From an uncultured Methanomassiliicoccus sp. (GTDB lineage Archaea; Thermoplasmatota; Thermoplasmata; Methanomassiliicoccales; UBA472): 64,000 nucleotides of DNA. Below are positions 28,990 through 38,458 of the stretch, piece after piece. The stretch is from positions 11,912-75,911 of the forward strand of contig CAZPFU010000007.1 of assembly GCA_964585915.1 (NCBI GenBank), read 5' to 3'. Under the pieces are notes generated by a model. The model did not search any database and was not told where the DNA came from. It was given only the letters and a program-made list of their open reading frames with translations. The translations under genes and the position numbers were made by a program. Every line of letters starts with the position of its first letter. Positions within the stretch are counted from its first letter, which is position 1.

Positions 28990-30228
28990 TCACTCCTCCT
29001 TCTTGGCCTCCGGCTCGGACTGGTCGCCCTCCTTCTTCTCCTTGGCGGCCTTCTTCTCCTCTTTAGCCTTGTCCCTTGCCGCTCTGTTCTCCTCCTTAGC
29101 CCTTTGCTTGGCGGCATCGCGTTCTTCCTTGGCCCTGCGCCGGGCCTCCTTGCGAACCTTGCGCTCCTCGCGCAGGTCCCTGGGGAAGCCGGCGGCCTTC
29201 CAGTCCGGGCGGTAGAGCAGCAATTCCAGTACGTAGTAGACGATCCACAGCCCGGTGCCGACCATCAGCAACAGGAGCAGCTTGGAGAAGTCCAGGTTTA
29301 TCGATATCTCCTCTATGGAATCGAAGACGAACTTGCCTCCCAGGCCGATGACCCATATCCAGTACAGGGTTATGAGGACCATTGTCACGGCCGGAACGAA
29401 TCTGGACACCGAGCCTTTGGGATAGAACCCCTTGAAGAAGGCCAGGGCGGCCATGGGGACACCGAGCATCACCATGAACGAGGAAATGTCATCCAGGTTG
29501 GACATCATGGAGTCCACCTCCTCCACGTTCAGGCTGGAGAATCCCGCCTTCATGAGGATGATGACCATCAAGGGAATGATCACGAACCCGATCAGCGTGG
29601 AACGGGCCAGCTTCAGCCCGTTGAACAAGGAGCCGTATCTCAGCCGGAAGTCGTGATAGAAGCGGTGGTCCCCCGGCTCCTCCGCAGGCTTGGCCTCGAT
29701 CGTTCCCTCCTTCTCCAGGAACGGCCGGCGGTGGTCGGCGAACTCGCCGAACTGCATCAGCACCGCCAGAAGTGCCGGGAAGAAGTACAGGGCGAATATA
29801 GAGTACAGGTCCAGCTCGAAGGCTTCCCTGGATATGACGTCCTCGGTGCGTCCATTAAGCAGGAGCGAAAAGACGTAGACGATCACCAGCACCGCGGCGG
29901 TCAGGCCGAACAGGAAGCGGGAGTAACTGCCCTTAGGGTAAGCCCCCTTGAAGAATCCCAGTACGGTCAGCACGATACCGAAGATGAGCACCATGGTCTG
30001 AAGGTCCCCAAGGAGGTCGCCCACCCTCTCCGGCCCCTCCTGTCTGGCCAGGACCATCATTCCCACGGCGAACAGGATATACGGGATGACCAGGTACTTC
30101 AGGGCGCTCCCGACGGCTCCGAACGCTCCCTTGACCGGGGAGAAATGCTTCTTGTCGAACTCTCCGATGTTCAAGGTCACATCCCCCAAGGCTCGTAGTA
30201 ATCCTGTTCGCTGATGCCGGTCCACCAC
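28990..30228 (-). CDS. Internally duplicated multi-TM membrane protein with a Lys/Glu/Arg-rich C-terminal tail
   Basis: Two halves share 'FFKGAYPKGSYSRF' / 'FFKGFYPKGSVSRF'. Tail 'RKVRKEARRRAKEERDAAKQRAKEENRAARDKAKEEKKAAKEKKE'. An alternative GTG start at 30180 forms a GTGA overlap with the upstream stop. Confidence 0.7.
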   Translation of the reverse strand: MVDRHQRTGLLRALGDVTLNIGEFDKKHFSPVKGAFGAVGSALKYLVIPYILFAVGMMVLARQEGPERVGDLLGDLQTMVLIFGIVLTVLGFFKGAYPKGSYSRFLFGLTAAVLVIVYVFSLLLNGRTEDVISREAFELDLYSIFALYFFPALLAVLMQFGEFADHRRPFLEKEGTIEAKPAEEPGDHRFYHDFRLRYGSLFNGLKLARSTLIGFVIIPLMVIILMKAGFSSLNVEEVDSMMSNLDDISSFMVMLGVPMAALAFFKGFYPKGSVSRFVPAVTMVLITLYWIWVIGLGGKFVFDSIEEISINLDFSKLLLLLMVGTGLWIVYYVLELLLYRPDWKAAGFPRDLREERKVRKEARRRAKEERDAAKQRAKEENRAARDKAKEEKKAAKEKKEGDQSEPEAKKEE

Positions 30229-31373
30229 TGGTAGTACAGGGTGACCTTGACATGCACCATCTCGTTTCCGGTGTTCACGGCGTCAAAGGCCTCCTGCGAA
30301 AGCCAGATCTGGGCCCACACCCAGCCGTTCTCCTCCAGGAAGACCATCTGGTTGATGTTGGTATAGAAACCGTGGGAGTCCGAGTATTCGATGAATGCAT
30401 TGGCGTACTGTCCCTGGTGCGCGGGATCGGTCTGGAAGCTGAACGGTATCATCACGAAATAGGAACCGCCCATGTCCTGCAGGTAGGAGGCGCCCATCTG
30501 CAGCTGCAGGTTGTAGATCGGATCTCCTCCTCCGCCGCCCCCGCCCTGGTTCAGCTGCCCCTCCTCATAGGTGAAGCAGTCCAGGACGTACAGGGTGGTG
30601 CGAACGGTGGCGTTGGCCGTGCCGTTGGTCAAGCGCCCGTAGGCCTCCTGGGAAAGAGGTATCTTCGCCGACTCATGCACCTGCTGCGACAGTTGAACAA
30701 CCTGCGTCGCATTGCTGGTGTACCCTTCCTCGTCCCTGTATTCGGTGACCGCCACGGTCTGCAGCCCATCGAGCACATCATCGGCCCGGAAGGAGAACGG
30801 CACGACCACATAGCGGTCGTCGCCCTCCTCCTGGGTCTGGGCGTTCCACGTCTCCACCTGCAGGTCGCTGATGAACGGCCCCCAGCCCATGTCGCTGGCG
30901 GCCTCCACGCTCAGCTGGACCATGTCCAGGGTGTACTTGGCGGAGATCTTGGCGTCGAACATCATCTCCGTCCCGTTGAATATCAGGTCAGAACGGACCC
31001 TCTGATCAAGGTCGTAGAGGTCCAGCTCGATGCCGATGGGCACCTCGGTCTCCTCCCCGGCGGGTATGTCCATTGGTTCACCCGCGCTCTCCGCCAGCAG
31101 GTCCCCTTCCTCGTTCATGAAGATGAACGATACGGTCAGGTCGTTGATGTCGAAGAACCCGTCATTGCGGACGGTTATGGGCATCTCCGCCCGGATGACC
31201 CCGTCCTCCAGGGTCATCTCGCCCTCATCCCCGCCTTCCAGGTCCAGGCCTATTCCGCCCGTGAGGAGCGGCAGGATGCTCAGAACGACTATCGCCGCCA
31301 CCATCAGCTTGAAGGCCACGATGCCCAAGCGGGTGACTACCAGGGGCCACTTCATGCAGGGACGCAGGAACAT
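30177..31373 (-). CDS. N-terminally anchored extracytoplasmic protein with duplicated domain and a Gly7 linker
   Basis: N-terminal TM 'IVAFKLMVAAIVVLSILPLL'. Repeats 'VVVPFSFRADD...LSQEAYGRLTNG' and 'FVMIPFSFQTDP...LSQEAFDAVNTG'. Confidence 0.7.
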   Translation of the reverse strand: MFLRPCMKWPLVVTRLGIVAFKLMVAAIVVLSILPLLTGGIGLDLEGGDEGEMTLEDGVIRAEMPITVRNDGFFDINDLTVSFIFMNEEGDLLAESAGEPMDIPAGEETEVPIGIELDLYDLDQRVRSDLIFNGTEMMFDAKISAKYTLDMVQLSVEAASDMGWGPFISDLQVETWNAQTQEEGDDRYVVVPFSFRADDVLDGLQTVAVTEYRDEEGYTSNATQVVQLSQQVHESAKIPLSQEAYGRLTNGTANATVRTTLYVLDCFTYEEGQLNQGGGGGGGDPIYNLQLQMGASYLQDMGGSYFVMIPFSFQTDPAHQGQYANAFIEYSDSHGFYTNINQMVFLEENGWVWAQIWLSQEAFDAVNTGNEMVHVKVTLYYQWWTGISEQDYYEPWGM

Positions 31374-31453
31374 GATGACTAATGAATCTATGCCGCTGCC
31401 AGTTCCCCGGCGGTAATCAGGGCGTAAAGTTAATTGGCGCCGTAGCGTTAGGG

Positions 31454-31954
31454 ATGGTCGTGAGCGAGATCAGGGTTAGGAAGCGCAAGAGGCTCCGGGA
31501 GAAGGAGCTGAAGGCACTGGCGGAGAATCTGCTCAACGCCACCGGCGTGGAGATCATCGGCCCCAAGGACACCGTGGACACCGCCGAGGGGCCGGAATGC
31601 GAGCTGATCATCATCAACAACGTCATCGAGGGCATGATGGTCGACGGACGCCCGTTCCCCACCATACGCGGGCTTCTCAAGCACAAGGCCACCAAGGGCT
31701 ACGTCTCGGTGGACATGGGCGCCGTTCCGTACGTCACCAACGGGGCGGACGTCATGGCCCCGGGCATAGTGGAGGTGGACCCGGGCATAAAGGAAGGCGA
31801 CCTGGTCTGGATCAGGGACATGACGCACAAGCGGCCCCTGGCGATAGGCAAGGCCCTGGTATCCGCGGAGGTCATGGCCGCCAAGGCCCCCGGCAAGGTC
31901 ATCAAGAACCTGCATTTCGTGGGCGACAAGATATGGAAGTACGATGAAAGGTGA
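31454..31954 (+). CDS. PUA-domain RNA-binding protein (Tma20/MCT-1-like)
   Basis: 'GYVSVDMGAVPYVTNGADVMAPGIV...GDLVWI...PLAIGKAL' PUA pattern. Start 'MVVSEIRV'. Confidence 0.8.
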   Translation: MVVSEIRVRKRKRLREKELKALAENLLNATGVEIIGPKDTVDTAEGPECELIIINNVIEGMMVDGRPFPTIRGLLKHKATKGYVSVDMGAVPYVTNGADVMAPGIVEVDPGIKEGDLVWIRDMTHKRPLAIGKALVSAEVMAAKAPGKVIKNLHFVGDKIWKYDER

Positions 31955-32034
31955 GCCGCCGGCCGCCTGCTGGGGTGCGATTCAGATACATTAATATTGA
32001 TTAGATGCCATAACTCTGCCAACCGAGGGATGCA

Positions 32035-32412
32035 ATGCCGATTCTCAAGAAACCGCTGGGAAAGGGGAAGGAAGACGTCAAGAGCGTGGAGACCGACCAG
32101 TACATCGACCTGGGGGCGCTGTACTTCCAGGACGAGAGCGTCATCTCCGCCGGGGGCATCAAGATCGCCGAGATCTACCGATACGAGGACGTGGGTCCGA
32201 TAACCCAGCCGGTCTATCAGGGCAACATCCTAATGATCGACTACTCGCCGATCGCCAACGACCAGAACACCCTGAAGCGCATCACCAACGAACTGAAGTC
32301 CGTGGCCAGGGACACCAACGGCGACGTGGCCGCCATCGGCAACAACTTCATCGTGGTGGCGCCCAACGGCATCCGCATCGACCGGAAGAAGATAAAGGGC
32401 GGCTACCAGTAA
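32035..32412 (+). CDS. sepF: Archaeal SepF-like cell-division protein (DUF552)
   Basis: 'YIDLG...IKIAEIYRYEDVGPITQPVYQGNILMIDYSPI...GDVAAIGNNFIVVAPNGIRIDR', 125 aa. Confidence 0.8.
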   Translation: MPILKKPLGKGKEDVKSVETDQYIDLGALYFQDESVISAGGIKIAEIYRYEDVGPITQPVYQGNILMIDYSPIANDQNTLKRITNELKSVARDTNGDVAAIGNNFIVVAPNGIRIDRKKIKGGYQ

Positions 32413-32452
32413 GCCCTTGGCCCCCATCCCGGGGCCCCAGCTCACTTTTTTC

Positions 32453-33769
32453 ATGTCCGGGCAGAAGATAATCCACGACAGCGTGCACGGCAGCGTCAAG
32501 GTGGACGGCGCCTTCCTGGAGATACTGCACCGCCCCGAGATGCAGCGGCTGCACGGGGTGAAGCAGCTCGGCCTGGCGCATCTGGTGTTCCCGGGCGCCA
32601 ACCACACCCGCTTCGAGCATTCCCTCGGCACGTACCACGTGGCCGACCTGATGTGCGAGGCCTTATCGCTCAGCAAAGAGGACCGCGACCAGGCCTTGGC
32701 CTCAGCGCTGCTGCACGACCTGGGGCATGCGCCCTTCTCGCACACCCTCGAGGAGGTGCTGGAGAACCGCTTCTCCCTGGACCACATGGAGATCGGGGCG
32801 GCCCTGATAGATGGGCGGCGCAGCGTGTTGCGGGAGGGCGAGAAGGAGCTGATCGGCTGTCACGGCACCATATCCGAGCTGCTGGAGCGGAACGGCATAT
32901 CCTCCGAGGCGGTGGCCGATATCATCGTATCACCGGGGCACAAGGCCCGCCGCGGGCAGCGCATGATCACCGAGGACAGCGGGCAGTCCCATTTCAATTC
33001 GCACGATTACCTGAACCAGATGTTGCACGGTCCGGTGGACGCCGACCAGATGGACTACCTGCTGAGGGACGCCCATTACACCGGGGTAGCGCACGGCACT
33101 ATCGACATCGACCGCATCATTCATACGATAGCGCTGCACCACGGGGACATCGTGGTCCGCAAGAACGGCATGGTGGCCGCCGAAGGCCTGATGGTCGCCC
33201 GGGCGCTGATGTACACCTCGGTGTACTTCCACAAGACCGTGCGCATCGCCGAGATGATGCTGTGCAAGGCCGTGGAAGCAGCGGACGACTCCATCGCCGA
33301 CGGATTGCAGAGGGAGAGCGACGCCTCCCTCGTTGAGCGCCTGGTGGCCCAGGGCGGGCGCCCCAAGCGCATCGTGACGCTTCTTCGTTACCGCCAGCTT
33401 TACAAGCGCGCCTTCTCAGTCTACGTCCCGGACATGAGCGAGGAGGATGCGGAGCGTTTGCTGCCGATCACCGAGTACCGCCGCCGCAAGACGGTCGAGG
33501 CCACGATCGCCGACCGGGCCGGGGTGGACCCCTCCGAGGTCATTTTGGACGTTCCGTCGCGCCAGCTCATCACTGGCGAGGTGCGCCGCGGCAAGACGGA
33601 AGTTCCTATCCTGAACGGCGAGAAGGTCAGGCCGCTCACCAGGCTGAGCCCCATAAGCAAGGCCCTGCAGTCCCGCGGAGTTCACGACTGGGCGGTGATG
33701 GTCTCCTGCCCGGAGCGCCAGGTGGAGAAGGTCGAACGCGCCGCCTCAAGGACGCTCGGCGACCTTTAG
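32453..33769 (+). CDS. HD-domain phosphohydrolase (SAMHD1/dNTP triphosphohydrolase-like)
   Basis: 'RFEHSLGTYHV', 'LLHDLGHAPFSH', 'DADQMDYLLRDAHYTG'. Confidence 0.85.
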   Translation: MSGQKIIHDSVHGSVKVDGAFLEILHRPEMQRLHGVKQLGLAHLVFPGANHTRFEHSLGTYHVADLMCEALSLSKEDRDQALASALLHDLGHAPFSHTLEEVLENRFSLDHMEIGAALIDGRRSVLREGEKELIGCHGTISELLERNGISSEAVADIIVSPGHKARRGQRMITEDSGQSHFNSHDYLNQMLHGPVDADQMDYLLRDAHYTGVAHGTIDIDRIIHTIALHHGDIVVRKNGMVAAEGLMVARALMYTSVYFHKTVRIAEMMLCKAVEAADDSIADGLQRESDASLVERLVAQGGRPKRIVTLLRYRQLYKRAFSVYVPDMSEEDAERLLPITEYRRRKTVEATIADRAGVDPSEVILDVPSRQLITGEVRRGKTEVPILNGEKVRPLTRLSPISKALQSRGVHDWAVMVSCPERQVEKVERAASRTLGDL

Positions 33770-35229
33770 CCCTTCATGACCCCGATGGGGGTCAGCTTGG
33801 CCACCGGGCGGGACAGTCCGGCGCCCACGACCACCCTTATGACGTCATCGATGTCCTTGTACGCCCCGGGCGCCTCCTCCTGGATGCCGTCGCGGGTGCT
33901 TCCCTTGAGATAGATGCCTTTGGCCTCCATCTCCTGGGTTATAGCTTTAACTGAATAGGAGCGGATGGCCGCCTCCCTGGACATGACCCGGCCGGCCCCG
34001 TGGCAGGTGGAGCCGAACGACTCCTGCATGGCCCTCTCGGTACCCACGAGCACGTAGGAGCCGGTGCCCATGTCCCCCGGGATCAGGACCGGCTGACCGA
34101 TGGAGCTGTAGATGGACGGGACATCCCGATGCCCGGCCGGGAAAGCTCTCGTGGCGCCCTTGCGATGCACGTACACCTTACGGCGCTTACCTTCGTAAGC
34201 ATGCTCCTCCACCTTGGCGATGTTGTGAGCGACATCGTACACCAGGTCCATGCCCAGGTCCTCCGCGGAACGGGCAAAGACCTTCTCGAAGGATTGGCGT
34301 ACCCAGTGCATGATCATCTGCCGGTTCGCCCAAGCATAGTTCGCGCCGCAGGCCATGGCCGCGTGGTAGTCCTGCCCTTCCTTGGAGTTCACCGGGGCGC
34401 AGGCCAATTGCCTGTCCGGCAGACGCAGGTTGCGGTCCTTCACCGCCCTCTCCATCACCTGCAGATAGTCCGTAGCGATCTGGTGCCCGCAGCCGCGGGA
34501 ACCGCAATGAATGGAAACGGTGACCTGACCCTCTTCCACCAGCCCGAAGGCCTTGGCCGCCACGGGATCGAAGATCTTCTCCACCTTATCAACCTCCAGG
34601 AAGTGGTTGCCCGATCCGAGCGATCCGACCTGGGGCACGCCGCGCTGCTTGGCCTTGGCGGAAACCTTGGAGGCGTCAGCGTTCTTCATGCGGCCGTTCT
34701 CTTCCGTCCGGACCAGGTCCTCGGACCAGCCGTAGCCTTCGGCGACCGCCCATTCCGCCCCCTCCTCCAATATGCGGTCTATTTGGTTCGCCGCCACGTC
34801 GACCACGCCCTTGGAGCCGACCCCGGCCGGGACGTTCTGGAACAGGGTATTGATCAGCTCCCTTATCTTGGGCGCCACATCGTTCGTCCGCAGGTCGGTG
34901 GTTATCAGTCGAACGCCGCAGTTGATGTCGAACCCGATGCCGCCCGGAGAGATCACGCCCTCCTCGGCATCCATGGCCGCCACGCCGCCGATGGGGAAAC
35001 CATAGCCCCAGTGGATGTCCGGCATGGCCAAGGACCTTCCTACTATCCCGGGAAGGCAGGCGACGTTGGCCGCCTGCTCCGGCGAGTTGTCGGAGACTAT
35101 GGTCTTTATCATCTTATCGTCTGCGAAGATGACCGCGTCCGCGTTCATGCACTCCTTGTAGGAGCGGGGGATCATCCAGCGATAGTCATCGATCTTTTCC
35201 AGCGGACCGTTCCAGCTCAAATCTTTCAC
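33766..35229 (-). CDS. rtcB: RNA-splicing ligase RtcB
   Basis: 'PDIHWGYGFPIGGVAA', 'GSGNHFLE', 'HCGSRGCGHQ', 'STCHGAGR', 487 aa. Confidence 0.97.
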   Translation of the reverse strand: MKDLSWNGPLEKIDDYRWMIPRSYKECMNADAVIFADDKMIKTIVSDNSPEQAANVACLPGIVGRSLAMPDIHWGYGFPIGGVAAMDAEEGVISPGGIGFDINCGVRLITTDLRTNDVAPKIRELINTLFQNVPAGVGSKGVVDVAANQIDRILEEGAEWAVAEGYGWSEDLVRTEENGRMKNADASKVSAKAKQRGVPQVGSLGSGNHFLEVDKVEKIFDPVAAKAFGLVEEGQVTVSIHCGSRGCGHQIATDYLQVMERAVKDRNLRLPDRQLACAPVNSKEGQDYHAAMACGANYAWANRQMIMHWVRQSFEKVFARSAEDLGMDLVYDVAHNIAKVEEHAYEGKRRKVYVHRKGATRAFPAGHRDVPSIYSSIGQPVLIPGDMGTGSYVLVGTERAMQESFGSTCHGAGRVMSREAAIRSYSVKAITQEMEAKGIYLKGSTRDGIQEEAPGAYKDIDDVIRVVVGAGLSRPVAKLTPIGVMKG

Positions 35230-35348
35230 CTCGGGCTCGAAAACCCATGCAGCTGCCCTGATTTATAGGAAACCCCCAGGGTGGTTCCCAACTATGATAA
35301 TCGGCGAACATCATTAATAGCCATAGGATTCATAGTCCAACAAATCCC

Positions 35349-36518
35349 ATGCTTGAGCTAGGACCTCTAACGCCAGCATTCCTTTCGTTGGCCATATCCG
35401 AGTTCGCTCTGGGGGGCTATGTGCTCCTCAGGGGGCGTTTCTCGCCGGTCAATAGGACCTTCTTTTGGCTGGCGGTACTGGCGGGGTTGGGCAGCCTGTT
35501 GGACCTGATGGTGGCCAGCCTGAACTCCCAATCCCTGGCCGGTTGGGCGATAAGGTCCCTGGTGTTCGTGGCGATCCTGGAGATGGGCGTGGCCTACCGC
35601 CTGAGCATCCTGGTCCCCCATCCAAGCCAAATGCTCCTATTGAAGGACCGCCATGGGGAATACAATCTACTGGTATTGGCGGTGGCGGCGATAACCGCCG
35701 CTACAGTATGGGACGTGGTGAGGGACGACAATGGTTGGAAACCGGTCGACGACCTCCCATTCGCAGTGCTCGCCATACTGATAATCCTCTATCTGGTGTT
35801 CCTTACCACATCCCTCTTGAAAAGGTGGGGAAAGCTGAAGGGTCTACAACGTAGGCAGGCCGCCCTGTTCAGCAGCGCCCTGGCCATCCCGGCCGTGCTT
35901 ATGATACCCGTCATGGCCACGGCGATGACCGGGACGGAGTTCCCGCGCATGTACGGGCTCGGGGAGATAATCTCGGTGGTCATCGTGGCCTATGCCATCC
36001 TGCGCTATCAGCTTCTGATACCCCTAAGGGTCAGGGAACCGGTCCTTCCCCACCGCCAGGTCCCCTCGCTCACCAAGGGCCGGGCTTACCTCTTCGAGTC
36101 GGCCTCCCCCGACCGGATGTTCGAATCGGTGGTACAGGAGATGGGGGACGGGATGTCGGCGCTCATAGTTACGCGCATTCATCCCGATCAGTTGAGGGCG
36201 CGGTACCAGCTCACCCAGACCCCCATAATATGGCTGGCCATGAGCCCTGGTCCGGACAGGGTCGACCCCTCCAACATCCAGCTTCTGACGCACATGACCA
36301 TGGAGTTCGTGCGCAAAGGACCTTCCTTAATCGCCCTGGAGGGGCTGGAGTACCTGATGCTGAACAACGACCTGAACAAGGTGCTCAAGTTCCTCGGACA
36401 ATTGAGGGACGAGGTCATCGTGGAGGGCTCTATACTTCTGGTCTCGGTGGACCCCCGCACGCTCACGGAGAGGCAGAAGGCCATACTGGAGCGGGAGCTG
36501 GAAGTGCTGAAGGAATGA
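35349..36518 (+). CDS. Membrane sensor-like protein: N-terminal 7-TM domain plus C-terminal DUF835
   Basis: About 230 aa of TM helices, then 'IVTRIHPDQLRARY...IIWLAMSP...IALEGLEYLMLNN...LLVSVDPRTL', typical of the DUF835 family. Confidence 0.75.
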   Translation: MLELGPLTPAFLSLAISEFALGGYVLLRGRFSPVNRTFFWLAVLAGLGSLLDLMVASLNSQSLAGWAIRSLVFVAILEMGVAYRLSILVPHPSQMLLLKDRHGEYNLLVLAVAAITAATVWDVVRDDNGWKPVDDLPFAVLAILIILYLVFLTTSLLKRWGKLKGLQRRQAALFSSALAIPAVLMIPVMATAMTGTEFPRMYGLGEIISVVIVAYAILRYQLLIPLRVREPVLPHRQVPSLTKGRAYLFESASPDRMFESVVQEMGDGMSALIVTRIHPDQLRARYQLTQTPIIWLAMSPGPDRVDPSNIQLLTHMTMEFVRKGPSLIALEGLEYLMLNNDLNKVLKFLGQLRDEVIVEGSILLVSVDPRTLTERQKAILERELEVLKE

Positions 36519-36524
36519 AAAAGG

Positions 36525-36599
36525 GGCCGAGAGCGCGATTTGAACGCGCGTCCGGGGATCCACAGTCCCCAAGGATAACCAGGCTACCCCATCCCGGCC
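36525..36599 (-). tRNA. tRNA-His (anticodon GUG) with genomically encoded G-1
   Basis: Hand-folded. G-1 pairs with C73. Acceptor stem GCCGGGA/UCUCGGC, anticodon stem GGGGA/UCCCC, loop CUGUGGA, T-arm GCGCG-UUCAAAU-CGCGC. A T5 run follows the 3' end and CCA is not encoded. Confidence 0.85.
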
Positions 36600-36627
36600 A
36601 TGATGGGATTTCAGCATTGCGTCAAGC

Positions 36628-36639
36628 TTAATAAATATT
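36628..36639 (-). promoter_or_regulatory. TATA-like box upstream of tRNA-His
   Basis: The minus strand reads 'AATATTTATTAA' about 30 nt upstream of the tRNA 5' end. Confidence 0.4.
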
Positions 36640-36646
36640 CGCCCTG

Positions 36647-37219
36647 TCACTCGAACGGGAACACCGAATAGAGGATGGCGAACTTTGGTTTTCCTTCCTC
36701 TGGATGCTTGTCCGAGAGCTCCTTTAGCCGGTCATCAAGGTCCGATATCAGCTTTTCCGCGTCCTGGGCCGCGGAATCGCTGACCGGCAGGATGACGTAG
36801 TTCGCGCCGAACGGATAGTTAGGGCGGTCGGCCACGTTCACGAAGTAATCCTTCCGCTCATCCATGGTGCGTATGCCGCGGTTGAGGATGCCCTTGATGG
36901 CGCCCAGGGCGGCGAACACGATGTTCAGTCGTTCGGCAATATCCACGGAGCTGACCCCGGCGGCGTCGCCCATGATCCCCGGTTCGAACGCGGAGCGATA
37001 GTACTTCTCAACAAGGTTCCCGACCAGCTCAGTGCGCGTGGGCACGATCAATCCGGCCTCCAGCAGCTTCTTGATGTGGTATTGGGCGTTCTGCACGCTC
37101 AGGCCCAGAAGGTCGGATATGGCGGTGGTGGTCATCTCTCTAATGGCAAGCAAGGACAATATGGCCAGACGGTTAGGGTCCGACAGCACCTTGATCTGTT
37201 CAACACCTATCTCGTTCAT
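36647..37219 (-). CDS. ArsR-family HTH transcriptional regulator with C-terminal extension
   Basis: 'LSDPNRLAILSLLAIREMTTTAISDLLGLSVQNAQYHIKKLLEAGLI'. Confidence 0.8.
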   Translation of the reverse strand: MNEIGVEQIKVLSDPNRLAILSLLAIREMTTTAISDLLGLSVQNAQYHIKKLLEAGLIVPTRTELVGNLVEKYYRSAFEPGIMGDAAGVSSVDIAERLNIVFAALGAIKGILNRGIRTMDERKDYFVNVADRPNYPFGANYVILPVSDSAAQDAEKLISDLDDRLKELSDKHPEEGKPKFAILYSVFPFE

Positions 37220-37496
37220 TTTGCACCACTAAAATCGTTTTTTAGCGTTGTAGTAGCAAGATAATGATTAAATATTATTTCAATCATCGTTCAAATGCGA
37301 TTATACCGATAAGAACTCACTAAAGAGGTGATACATGTGAAGAAGAACCAAGGCCAGCCGAACTTTGTCATAGTCAACGGCAACATATTTTTCCTGCGCG
37401 CTTAGATCACCGCTGACGATGACCAATCCTCCTTTTTTTTATTTTTTCGATTCACCAGACGATAGTAATTAATCATGCGCCCCCGATGAAGGGCCG

Positions 37497-38297
37497 ATGC
37501 GGGACAAGGCCGGGCTGCTGCTTCCGTTTTTCATCATCGCCGTAGCCGAGGCGTTGTACTTCGACGGGTCGGTGGAATCCTGCCTGGGATTGCACGCCCT
37601 CAACATTTTCGTGTGCATACTGGTGCCGATCTGGTCGGAGAAGCGCATGCTCCTGTACCAGTCGTTCGCCCTGGTCTCCCTGCTGCGCGTGCTGAACATA
37701 GGAATGCCGGTGTTCTTCACCGAAACGCTGCTCTGGATGCCTTTCGTTTACGCCCCGATCATCGTGGCCGGCTATATCGTGTGGAGGCAGACGGTGGTGG
37801 ACGCCGGCAAATTGCATTGGCGCAACCTGCTGCGCTTCCTGAACGGACACGGGCTGCGGCCGGACGTCAAATGGAAGTGGGAGTACCTGCTCATCGCCAT
37901 AATATTCGGTTACCTGGTGGCCAACCTGGAGCACTTCGTGCTGGACAACACCGCCTTGGTCAAGGACCTGGGCCCCCTCGACCTGGGCAAGCTGCTCCTG
38001 GTCATGGTGGTCTTCGTCGGCTTCGGCGAGGAGCTGATATTCCGCGGATTGCTGCAGAGCTCGGTGGAGAAGCTGCACGGAGGGTACGTGTCCATAGTCG
38101 TCTCCGCCCTGATGTTCTCCGTCATGCACTCCGGCTATCACAGCGTTCCCTACCTCATCTTCGTCCTGGGGGTCGGGCTGGTGCTTGCCTATGCATACGA
38201 AAGGACCGGCAGCCTTGGTCTGGTCGCCTTGATGCACGGCATACTGAACTTCTTCCTGTTCTCCTTCCTGTCATTCGGCTACGGGCTGCTGCCTTAG
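37497..38297 (+). CDS. CPBP-family intramembrane glutamic endopeptidase (CAAX protease-like)
   Basis: 'GFGEELIFRGLLQ', 'SALMFSVMH', 'HGILNF' motifs. Confidence 0.85.
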   Translation: MRDKAGLLLPFFIIAVAEALYFDGSVESCLGLHALNIFVCILVPIWSEKRMLLYQSFALVSLLRVLNIGMPVFFTETLLWMPFVYAPIIVAGYIVWRQTVVDAGKLHWRNLLRFLNGHGLRPDVKWKWEYLLIAIIFGYLVANLEHFVLDNTALVKDLGPLDLGKLLLVMVVFVGFGEELIFRGLLQSSVEKLHGGYVSIVVSALMFSVMHSGYHSVPYLIFVLGVGLVLAYAYERTGSLGLVALMHGILNFFLFSFLSFGYGLLP

Positions 38298-38458
38298 GCC
38301 GTGAGCGGTCCTTAAAAAATTTTGGCGACCGTCTAGGGACAATAAAGCACGCCTTTGTTGATTTCGAATCATCCCCTTTATTATCGAAGGCGGAATCCTA
38401 CAGCACCCCGGCGATAACAATATCATCGCCGTGGCGAATGTTAACGACGGTGCAAAAG

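Noticed and set aside
30520-30545. The Gly7 run in the 398-aa protein, considered as a homopolymeric phase-variation tract.
   Set aside because: The DNA is mixed GGN/GCC codons ('cctcctccgccgcccccgccc' on the plus strand), not a long mononucleotide run.
29104-31382. Antisense ORFs of 364 aa (29104-30198) and 376 aa (30252-31382) opposite the two envelope-protein genes.
   Set aside because: The sense-strand proteins show TM helices and internal repeats. The antisense translations are His/Gln/Gly/Asp-rich without structure-like patterns.
37337-37405. 22-aa ORF (GTG start, VKKNQGQPNFVIVNGNIFFLRA) preceded by GAGGTGAT, in the 278-bp region between the ArsR-like and CPBP genes.
   Set aside because: The in-register ATG is immediately followed by TGA. 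The GTG start and the peptide have no distinguishing features, so I cannot separate it from chance without conservation data.
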